Part shown: piece after piece, positions 18,264 through 25,689 of the stretch
Layout of the letters: every line of letters starts with the position of its first letter
How positions within the stretch are numbered: position 1 is the stretch's first letter
Assembly: GCA_944387505.1 (NCBI GenBank)
Contig: CALXFG010000001.1
Location: forward strand, 13,167 to 77,166
From: an uncultured Clostridia bacterium
GTDB taxonomy: Bacteria; Bacillota; Clostridia; TANB77; CAG-508
Length of the DNA: 64,000 nt
Direction: 5' to 3'
The notes under the pieces: model-generated
What the model was told of the DNA's origin: nothing
Seen by the model: only the letters and a program-made list of their open reading frames with translations
The model's database searches: none
Made by a program: the position numbers and the translations under genes

Positions 18264-19248
18264 AGAATATAACATTGAAAAAAGTCCTTTATATAGATTA
18301 AGAAATAAACAAAAATTAGCTGAACTTCTTGGGCTACCAAGAAATTATTTTAGAAAAATACATACTTATAAATATTCTGAATTTTTTCAAGATAAACCAG
18401 ATGGCTCTAAAAGAATAATTAATAATCCAGAATTCAAACTAAAAAAAATACAAAAAAGAATATTTAACTTATTAAATAGAATAGAAAAGCCAGAATGGGT
18501 TATTTCTGGAAAAAAAGGAAAGTCATATGTAGACAATGCTCGATTACATCAGTCAAAAAATAATGTATGTACAATAGACATAGAAAAATTTTATGATTCT
18601 ACTAAAGAAATATATGTATACAATTTCTTTAAATATACTATGCATATGTCAAAAGATGTTGCTGCTGTTTTAACTGATTTAGTTACATATAATGGTAAAA
18701 TTCCAACAGGAACTCCAACAAGTCAATTAGTTGCTTTCCTATCTTATAAAGATATATTTGTAAAAATCCATAATATGTGTAGTAGAAAAGAGATTTTATT
18801 TTCTTTATTTGTAGATGATATAACCTTATCTTCTGATAAGATTATTGATAAAAAGATAAAATATAAAATAAATACATTACTAAATTCAAAAGAATTACAT
18901 ATAAAAAAGACTAAAACTAAATTTTTTTCAATAAAAAGCAACAAATCTATTACAGGAACTATAATTGATTCTAAAAAAATGATAAGACTTGAAAATGCAA
19001 AAAGAAAAGAAATTATAGATTTATACAGGGAATGTATTAATCCAACTACTTATTTTATTGAAAAATTAGTAAGGCTTAATGGTAAGATAAGTGATGCAAA
19101 TCAAGTAGAGCCTGGAATTTTTTCATCGATTTCTGCATATTTAAAAAAGCACCAAGACGAAATTAAAAAATATAATATAGAACAAATTAAAAAAAGATAT
19201 TTTATTAAAAATATCATTAGAAAAAGGCAAAAACAAATATTAATTTAA
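18256..19248 (+). CDS. retron-type reverse transcriptase (330 aa)
   Basis: Ordered motifs PEFKLKKIQ, NARLH (NAxxH), CTIDIEKFYDS, IPTGTPTSQ, FVDDITLSS (catalytic xxDD) and SITGTII (VTG-like). No maturase, endonuclease or Cas domains. Confidence 0.85.
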   Translation: MIKEYNIEKSPLYRLRNKQKLAELLGLPRNYFRKIHTYKYSEFFQDKPDGSKRIINNPEFKLKKIQKRIFNLLNRIEKPEWVISGKKGKSYVDNARLHQSKNNVCTIDIEKFYDSTKEIYVYNFFKYTMHMSKDVAAVLTDLVTYNGKIPTGTPTSQLVAFLSYKDIFVKIHNMCSRKEILFSLFVDDITLSSDKIIDKKIKYKINTLLNSKELHIKKTKTKFFSIKSNKSITGTIIDSKKMIRLENAKRKEIIDLYRECINPTTYFIEKLVRLNGKISDANQVEPGIFSSISAYLKKHQDEIKKYNIEQIKKRYFIKNIIRKRQKQILI

Positions 19249-19266
19249 AATAATTATATAGAGCAG

Positions 19267-19947
19267 GTGATTTATATAAAACGAAGACTTAACATATTTA
19301 TTGATGAAAGTGGAGACTTTGGATTTGTAAAAGGTAGTTCAGAATTATATGCAGTGTCCTTTACAATACACGAAAGTGATAATCCTATAACAAATGAATT
19401 ACAATATTTGAATGATAGTTTAAATAAGCAAAACTATAATGGTATGCTCCATTTAGCTTATTTAATAGCGAAAAGAGATGATTATTCTAAATTTAATTTA
19501 GAACAAAGACAAAAAATATTTTGGACAATATTTAATTTTGCAAGAAAAGTACCTGTAAAATTAAAAACTATAATATTAGATAAACGATATATGAATAGTA
19601 AAAGCCAATTAAATAAAGCCATATCCATTGAAATAAATAAATTCATACAAGAAAATCAAAGTTATTTTGATTCGTTTGAAAAAATTGTAATATATTATGA
19701 TAATGGACAAGAGACTTTAGCAACAATTCTTGATATTGTTTTTGCTACAAATCAAAGAGTAGAAAGAAGAATTGAATTTGATCACACTAAAAAAAGACTA
19801 TTTCAAGTCTCTGATATGTTAACATTTGTTGATAAATTAGATTACAAATTTCATAATAATATGCCGTTTACTAGAGCAGAAAAGTATTTCTTTACAAATA
19901 AAGAAATTGAATACATAAAAAGGAAATTGAAAAATAAGAGATTATAA
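19267..19947 (+). CDS. DUF3800-like protein (putative effector)
   Basis: N-terminal NIFIDESGDFG and C-terminal LFQVSDMLTFV resemble the DESG ... QxxD signature I associate with DUF3800. GTG start 18 nt after the RT stop. Confidence 0.65.
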   Translation: MIYIKRRLNIFIDESGDFGFVKGSSELYAVSFTIHESDNPITNELQYLNDSLNKQNYNGMLHLAYLIAKRDDYSKFNLEQRQKIFWTIFNFARKVPVKLKTIILDKRYMNSKSQLNKAISIEINKFIQENQSYFDSFEKIVIYYDNGQETLATILDIVFATNQRVERRIEFDHTKKRLFQVSDMLTFVDKLDYKFHNNMPFTRAEKYFFTNKEIEYIKRKLKNKRL

Positions 19948-20010
19948 GAACTTGACCCACTACGCAATTAAAAATTGCGAGTGGGTACCCAAAAACCTTG
20001 TTATTGCATA

Positions 20011-20198
20011 ATAAAAAGCCATTCGTTTGAATGGCTTTTTGCGACGGCTACCGTCAGCACGGGTCAGGTCCTACTTAAGCTAAAACTATTTCAGACCCAG
20101 TAAATAATATTATTTATAATATATATTATTCATTTATCTATTAAAATTATACACTAAATTTTGAAAAAAGTACAGTATTTTCATAAAACTTTTCAGAA
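20011..20198. repeat. imperfect direct repeat, copy 2 (partner at 12754-12918)
   Basis: ATAAAAAGCCATTCGTTTGAATGGCTTTTTGCGACG ... ATTCATTTATCTATTAAAATTATACACTAAATTTT ... GTACAGTATTTTCATAAAAC aligns with copy 1. It has one extra ~40-nt G+C-rich insert. Confidence 0.7.
20013..20040 (+). terminator. rho-independent terminator after the DUF3800 gene
   Basis: AAAAAGCCATTC-GTTT-GAATGGCTTTTT. Confidence 0.75.
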
Positions 20199-20211
20199 AA
20201 TCCGAATTTTT

Positions 20212-20457
20212 TTATTGATTTTCAGTATTAAATATATCTGCAGACACTCCAAATATTTTAGCAAAAGCAAATAATTCAAAATCTTGTACTAACCTTTTAT
20301 TATTTTCAATTTTAGATATTTCTTTAGAAGTCAAGTCAATACCTTCTAATTGCAATTTTTCGGCTAAATCTTGTTGAGACATTTTATTTGCTTTTCGTAA
20401 TTCACTTAATTTATTTCCTGATATATTTCTAAATTTATTGTATTTTGTTATTTTCAT
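20212..20457 (-). CDS. XRE-family HTH regulator (81 aa)
   Basis: LSELRKANKMSQQDLAEKLQLEGIDLTSKEISKIENNKR. Divergent from 20604-22271. Confidence 0.8.
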   Translation of the reverse strand: MKITKYNKFRNISGNKLSELRKANKMSQQDLAEKLQLEGIDLTSKEISKIENNKRLVQDFELFAFAKIFGVSADIFNTENQ

Positions 20458-20603
20458 TATCTTACCTCATTCGCTTTATTAATGATTTAATTTTAATATT
20501 TAAAACATAAATCTTATCTCTAATAAAGCGATTTTTATTGACAAAAAAATAAGAGTATGAGAAAATAAAATAGATAAAATATACACTAAAGAAAGGATTT
20601 CAT

Positions 20604-22271
20604 ATGTACAGTATAGATAAAAGTTGGGTTGATACTCATATTAATAGTAATGGAGAGATTGTTATCCCTGAAGGAGTACAGCGTATAGAAAAAGGTGCGT
20701 TTGAAGGCAATGATAAAATTAAAAAAATTATAATGCCTAATAGTATTAACTTTATTGGGCCTAGAGCGTTTTCAGATTGCCGTAATTTACAAGAAGTTTC
20801 TTTTAGTAGTAATCTTCAAGTTTTAGGACAAAATTCATTCAGAAATTGTCCACAATTAAGACAAGTTGATATACCATCAAGTGTAAAAATTATATATCCT
20901 GGTACATTTGATGAAAATACTAGTTTAGAAAGTATTTCGTTAAGTGGAAAATTAGATTATTTGTCAGCAGATGCTTTTAGTAATTGTGATAATTTAAAAG
21001 AAGTACATATAGATGGTATAGAAAGAATTGATTATAATGCCTTTATGGGAAAAAGAAATATTAATAAAATTACTATTGATGGTCAAGAGTTTGTTCTAGA
21101 AGATAATGAACAATTATTTTCAGTTCAAAAAGTTGGTGAAAAAGTGGCTTTGGTTAAGCAATCTAAAGACAATGGGAAATTCTCGACTCAATGTATAAAT
21201 TTAGAAAAAAATACATCTAAAACTATTGGAAATAATGTATATTTGACTGATGATGGAAAAATGTGTTATGCAATAAATAGTTTGGCAAATACTTCTCTAA
21301 CTGTACTAGAACAATTTAAAAAATCTGGTTTAAGCCAATTATATATTTACGGTGGAGAAAATGAAATTACCCCAGACCAACACAGTGAAAGAATAAATTT
21401 TAACTTATACAATATAGATGATTTAATTCAAGTAAAATCACAAATAGAAGAAATAAAGAAAAAAATTATAATTCCAAATGTAAAAGAGCCGGGGAGAGAG
21501 AAAAAAATATATGGACAAATTGTTAAAATTTTAAGCGATAATATGCGATATGATGAAGTTGAAGTAGATGATGCAGCAAGATTGTCAAATAGAAATTTAT
21601 TAAGTTTGCTAAACGGCAAAGCAGTATGTCAAGGATATATTGAAGTGTTAAGAAATATTTCTGCAGAATATGGAATACAAGTTGAATCAGTTAGAGGTTC
21701 AATACCGGTGAATGGCAAAAAATCCTCACATGAATGGAGTCAAGTAAAATTAGATGGTATATGGTACGATGATGATTTTACAAATTATAGGGAAGCTTTA
21801 TCAACTAACAAGTTAGATTCATGTCATTGCTTTTTGATGGGAGCTAGATCTGATGGAGTATCGAGCACTAAATATGTAGGATACGAAACAAAACATAAAC
21901 TTCATAATGTTGGAAAAACACTATCTTTAGCTGATAAGAAATTTTTATTAAATTATGGTCGTATTCAACAACAATCAAAACAACAATCTATTCAACCACA
22001 AGAAAAAGAAAAGCCAGTTGAAGAATCTATAAAAGACGAAGTTGGAGATGAATTTAAGCCTAAAACTGAAGAAAAACAACAAAATGAACAAGAAGCTGAA
22101 ACAAAATGGATGCATAGCCTTCAAGCATGTGATGAGCAAGTAGCAAAAATGCAAGATGGTGCGAAGAAAAAACAAGAAGTCGTAAAATTAATTCAAAATT
22201 TAGAACAAGAAAAAAGACAGGAAAGAGATGGACAGATACAGGAAGAAAATCAAAACAATGAACAAAGGTAG
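20604..22271 (+). CDS. cytoplasmic BspA-type leucine-rich-repeat protein fused to a transglutaminase-like cysteine-protease core and a Q/E/K-rich tail
   Basis: Repeated I-P-x-x-V-x-x-I-x-x-x-A-F-x-x-C-x-x-L units in the first ~170 aa. Candidate C/H/D triad in CQGYIEVLRN ... SSHEWSQVKLDGIWYDDD. No signal peptide. Confidence 0.65.
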   Translation: MYSIDKSWVDTHINSNGEIVIPEGVQRIEKGAFEGNDKIKKIIMPNSINFIGPRAFSDCRNLQEVSFSSNLQVLGQNSFRNCPQLRQVDIPSSVKIIYPGTFDENTSLESISLSGKLDYLSADAFSNCDNLKEVHIDGIERIDYNAFMGKRNINKITIDGQEFVLEDNEQLFSVQKVGEKVALVKQSKDNGKFSTQCINLEKNTSKTIGNNVYLTDDGKMCYAINSLANTSLTVLEQFKKSGLSQLYIYGGENEITPDQHSERINFNLYNIDDLIQVKSQIEEIKKKIIIPNVKEPGREKKIYGQIVKILSDNMRYDEVEVDDAARLSNRNLLSLLNGKAVCQGYIEVLRNISAEYGIQVESVRGSIPVNGKKSSHEWSQVKLDGIWYDDDFTNYREALSTNKLDSCHCFLMGARSDGVSSTKYVGYETKHKLHNVGKTLSLADKKFLLNYGRIQQQSKQQSIQPQEKEKPVEESIKDEVGDEFKPKTEEKQQNEQEAETKWMHSLQACDEQVAKMQDGAKKKQEVVKLIQNLEQEKRQERDGQIQEENQNNEQR

Positions 22272-22278
22272 GTAAAAA

Positions 22279-22731
22279 ATGAAAGACAAATACAGAGAAG
22301 CATTTTCAGAAGTAGAACAAATTATAAATTTGATGCCAACTAATTTATCAAACAAAATCCCCCTGGGATTTAAACAGATAATTTCATCAGAGGAATCTAA
22401 TACTTATATTCCTAAAATATCTGAACCTATAGAAGAATGCCACTTAAAAGAAGAAACTATTGTTATTCTAGCAGTAATATATAGAGATTTCTTTTGTTCT
22501 AAACAGGAAAGAGAAAAATTAATTGAAAGAGATTCAAATAAGTTATTGGAACTCGAAAAAGAGATAAGAAACAAATATAATCCTGATAATATATTTAAAA
22601 ATAGAAAAAAAGAAGAAACTACACTAGAAAGCAATATTTCAAAAGAAAATGCTATCATAGAATATAAGGAACAAAATTTCATACAAAGATTATTTGAAAA
22701 AATCAAACATTTATTTAAAAGAAATTATTAG
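22279..22731 (+). CDS. hypothetical protein (150 aa)
   Basis: ORF 8 nt after the upstream stop, preceded by AGGTAGG. No motif recognised. Confidence 0.55.
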   Translation: MKDKYREAFSEVEQIINLMPTNLSNKIPLGFKQIISSEESNTYIPKISEPIEECHLKEETIVILAVIYRDFFCSKQEREKLIERDSNKLLELEKEIRNKYNPDNIFKNRKKEETTLESNISKENAIIEYKEQNFIQRLFEKIKHLFKRNY

Positions 22732-22779
22732 TCTATGTGTTATAATAAAAACTGCCACCAATGGTGGCAATTTTTATAT

Positions 22780-24006
22780 CTAATAATATTCTAACTCATC
22801 TTCTTGTTTTTCTATTTCAGAATTTTTTATATCCATTTGCCTTTTAACATCAAAATCCATATATGTTTCTTTTTCAAAATCTCTTATCAAATCTTCTTCA
22901 GATGGAGCAGAAAACTTATGGCAAATCCAACTAATAAACTTTTGAACTGTAATTTTAAATCTATCAATAACTTTCTTTAAATAATTATTTTCCTTTTCTA
23001 ATTTATTTATAATTTTCTGATATTGATAATCTATTTTATAAGTTTCATCTTCATATTTATTTTTTATTTCTTTTTCCTTTTGCTTAAAATCTAATTCAAG
23101 TTTTCTACATTTTGCTTTTAATTCAATATTGTCTGCTGTCAATGATTTTCTTTCTGTTTCAAATTTCTCTGCTTTATCAATAATATTAGCTTGTTTTGAT
23201 AATTCTTTATGCAATGAAATATTTTCTTGATGGAGTTTTTGTATTAATTCATCTTTTGGCTTAATAATCTCATTTTCTATTTTTTCATCTCTATTTAGCA
23301 TAATCTTTTTAATATCTTTTATATCAGGTGTTTCTGGAAGTTCCAATTTCATATCTTTTAATATTTGTTTAGTATTTTCGTAATTTGTAATTTGTTTATA
23401 CTCTTGTATTGAAAAATGTTCTCTATTTGTTATTTCTACTAATTCTCCTCTTTCTAACTTAAATCCTTTTTCAGAAATATGCTTAAAATATGCATTTTGT
23501 AAATCTCTATAACTATTTTTGCCTTTCCAAAAATCTCTAGAACAAATTTTATCAATTTTATTTCCTTGCTTATCTTTTGTATGAACTACTGGAATAAATA
23601 ACAAGTGCATATGTGGTGTATCTTCATCCATATGAACAACTGCTGATATAATATTTTCTTCTCCTAAATTTTTGTAATTGCATATAAAATTGTAACTTTC
23701 TTGAAAATATCTTTTACTTTCCTCATAGCCTATTTCATCAAAAAATTTTTGATCCGAAGTAAATACCATTTCACACATTATGATGCTATTACTTCTTATT
23801 TGGCCTTTTAAATTGTACTTTTCTTTGATTCTATCAAACTCTTTTATATAACTTAATTCGTTTTTCTTTATATAATAATTTAATTCTGTTTTACTACTAT
23901 CTATATTTTTGTTTGAATGATTTTTTGCTTTCCTTTCATTATGCCTATATGCTCCCATAGCTTTTGCTCTAGTTAATTTTTCATTTCTAATTATGGCATA
24001 GCTCAT
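22780..24006 (-). CDS. MobV-family (Mob_Pre) plasmid mobilization relaxase
   Basis: MSYAIIRNEKLTRAKAMGAYRHNERK ... VVHMDEDTPHMHLLFIPV N-terminal relaxase motifs with a coiled-coil C-half. The start is taken at the internal MSYAI Met (24006). Confidence 0.85.
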   Translation of the reverse strand: MSYAIIRNEKLTRAKAMGAYRHNERKAKNHSNKNIDSSKTELNYYIKKNELSYIKEFDRIKEKYNLKGQIRSNSIIMCEMVFTSDQKFFDEIGYEESKRYFQESYNFICNYKNLGEENIISAVVHMDEDTPHMHLLFIPVVHTKDKQGNKIDKICSRDFWKGKNSYRDLQNAYFKHISEKGFKLERGELVEITNREHFSIQEYKQITNYENTKQILKDMKLELPETPDIKDIKKIMLNRDEKIENEIIKPKDELIQKLHQENISLHKELSKQANIIDKAEKFETERKSLTADNIELKAKCRKLELDFKQKEKEIKNKYEDETYKIDYQYQKIINKLEKENNYLKKVIDRFKITVQKFISWICHKFSAPSEEDLIRDFEKETYMDFDVKRQMDIKNSEIEKQEDELEYY

Positions 24007-24058
24007 ATTTTTTTCCTTGTTCTCTCTTAAATTCACGAGATAAGATATTCTTGTCTAA

Positions 24059-24167
24059 CACACTAGACAAACAAGTTTGTCTGTGTGCCCTACGGGGGTT
24101 TCCTAAAAACTGCTAACGCATTTTTTAGGCTATATTTTATAAGGGCTATTGCCATTATAAAATATAG
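24059..24167 (-). promoter_or_regulatory. oriT-like cluster of inverted repeats upstream of the relaxase gene
   Basis: CACACTAGACAAAC/GTTTGTCTGTGTG (24059-24087), CCTAAAAA...TTTTTAGG (24102-24129), CTATATTTTATAA...TTATAAAATATAG (24130-24167). In MobV plasmids oriT sits in this position. Confidence 0.45.
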
Positions 24168-24169
24168 TG

Positions 24170-24201
24170 AAGTTGCATTTTAGAGTATTTCTTGCAACTT
24201 C
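24170..24201 (-). terminator. hairpin downstream of the rep gene
   Basis: GAAGTTGCA ... TGCAACTTC 9-bp stem, 16 nt after the rep stop. Confidence 0.5.
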
Positions 24202-24216
24202 ATATCAGAGCAAATT

Positions 24217-25164
24217 CTACGAAGATGCTACTGCATTTTTGCTGGCAAAGTTAGCATATAAGCTGTCGAAAAATCCCTCTGGATATTTTCTTTCATAGTC
24301 ACGATTATATATAGTAGTTTTATTATTTGCTATATTATTTGTCGCTATATTTATATTAGGATTACCTAAATTATTATATAAGCAAATCATTAAATAATTT
24401 GTTATATTTTTAATACTATTATTATTTCTAGCAATATCTAATAATTGAATTAAGTTATTCTTATTAATTAAATAAATCTTTGACAATATTTTTGAATTAG
24501 TTATTATTACATTTCCTACTTTTAAATTATCTGCATAATATAATCTATCTATAACATCTTCTAATATTGACTGTTCTTCTTTGGTAAAATCATTTAATTT
24601 GCATTTTTCTTTTACATCATTTAATGAAATATTTTCTTCATTACTTTGAAGATTGATAGATTCAGTATTGATTATATTAGTTTTGATATTATTAGGATTG
24701 ATTGTAGGTAAATTTTCCATATCAAGAATTGTATTTTCTACTTCTGCAGAACCGTAATTTTTACTGTTCAAGACTTGTAAATTTTCCGTACCTACAAAAT
24801 TCTTTATATTTTCATGCTGTATTTTTCCAACATATATTAAATTAGGTTTCCCTAACCCTTGTCTCTTTTCTGCAATTAAATTAACATCATTTAATTGTTT
24901 AAATGCTTTTGTAACAGTCTTTTCAGATAAGCAAAGTTTGTTTTGTAGTTCTTCTCTTGTAAATATTAAATAAACTCTACCTTCTTTATCAAACCAATGA
25001 TTTTTTTGTGATAAAAATAATCTATCAAGTAGAAAAGCATATAATATTTTACTATCTGAATTTAATTTTTCTTTATACAAGCTATTAATAAATAATTCTT
25101 GTGGTATCTGATAATATTTATTATTCAATGTTTCATTTATTTTATAAAAATCTATTTCGTTCAT
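24217..25164 (-). CDS. RepA_N-family plasmid replication initiator
   Basis: YYQIPQELF...LNSDSKILYAFLLDRLFLSQKNHWFDKEGRVYLIFTREELQNKLCLSEKTVTKAFKQL...RQGLGKPNLIY is the characteristic N-terminal domain of Firmicute RepA_N proteins. Confidence 0.8.
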   Translation of the reverse strand: MNEIDFYKINETLNNKYYQIPQELFINSLYKEKLNSDSKILYAFLLDRLFLSQKNHWFDKEGRVYLIFTREELQNKLCLSEKTVTKAFKQLNDVNLIAEKRQGLGKPNLIYVGKIQHENIKNFVGTENLQVLNSKNYGSAEVENTILDMENLPTINPNNIKTNIINTESINLQSNEENISLNDVKEKCKLNDFTKEEQSILEDVIDRLYYADNLKVGNVIITNSKILSKIYLINKNNLIQLLDIARNNNSIKNITNYLMICLYNNLGNPNINIATNNIANNKTTIYNRDYERKYPEGFFDSLYANFASKNAVASS

Positions 25165-25231
25165 CTTTCATCCTTTCCAAGACTTTTATTGTCTTTAATT
25201 TGATGAAAGAGCATATTAAGTTCTATACAGT

Positions 25232-25330
25232 TTTTTAAAACTTTTTAAAACATTTTTTATACACCTAAAATTTTTTTAAAACATAAATTTTAGAACTATT
25301 TTAGAACTTTTTATAGAATTTTTGAGAACT
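25232..25330. repeat. iteron-like direct repeats (putative replication origin)
   Basis: TTTTTAAAAC x3 (25232, 25242, 25273), and TTTTAGAACT x2 plus TTTTGAGAACT (25288, 25299, 25320). They lie immediately upstream of the rep gene. Confidence 0.5.
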
Positions 25331-25421
25331 GCATAGAAAAAGAGTATTAACCAAAATCCATTGATTAATACCCTTTCAGACTTTTGCAATTTCCTTGAGT
25401 TCCCTCAAAATTGCTATCGTA

Positions 25422-25497
25422 TGGTCGAGGTGACAGGGATCGAACCTGCGACCTCATGGTCCCAAACCACGCGCGCTACCAACTGCGCTACACCTCG
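25422..25497 (-). tRNA. tRNA-Pro (anticodon TGG)
   Basis: Reverse complement CGAGGTGTAGCGCAGTTGGTAGCGCGCGTGGTTTGGGACCATGAGGTCGCAGGTTCGATCCCTGTCACCTCGACCA folds as a cloverleaf with loop TTTGGGA and an encoded CCA. Confidence 0.92.
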
Positions 25498-25689
25498 ATT
25501 TATTTCATGCTTATATATAATAGCACATTTTTTTGAGGTTTGCAAGACCTTTTTTTAATTTTTTTACAGCTTCTTAATAATTTTTTCTGACATCCTGATT
25601 AAAAAGTTCAATAGTCCATTAAAATAATGAGATTTTATATTATAAAAGAAAATCCTTTATGCATAGGATTTTCTTTTCCATATCTATTT

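Larger units (their letters stand above)
15047..25421. mobile_element. integrated, integrase-less mobilizable element bounded by the tRNA-Pro 3'-end direct repeat
   Basis: Flanked by the 12-nt direct repeat (15035-15046 / 25422-25433). Contains RepA_N, iterons, a MobV relaxase, oriT-like hairpins, a retron-like operon, several XRE regulators and gene fragments. No recombinase ORF is visible. Confidence 0.55.

Noticed and set aside
18256-19248. RT as a group II intron maturase, DGR RT or Abi-type RT
   Set aside because: There is no intron domain V/VI-like RNA and no maturase-X or En domain. No template/variable repeat pair and no Avd-like gene are visible. The NAxxH and VTG-like motifs plus the small size fit retron RTs better. 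An Abi/UG-type RT cannot be fully excluded without phylogeny.
25232-25330. Short direct repeats as a CRISPR array
   Set aside because: The units are 10-11 nt, abutting or with spacers of only 1-21 nt, AT-only, and next to a rep gene. That is iteron geometry, not repeat-spacer geometry. No cas genes are present.
25361-25558. ORFs overlapping tRNA genes (25361-25558, 27559-27768, 61646-61840, 61651-61857)
   Set aside because: They are read through tRNA sequence, have no RBS and have implausible composition. The tRNA cloverleaves explain the sequence.
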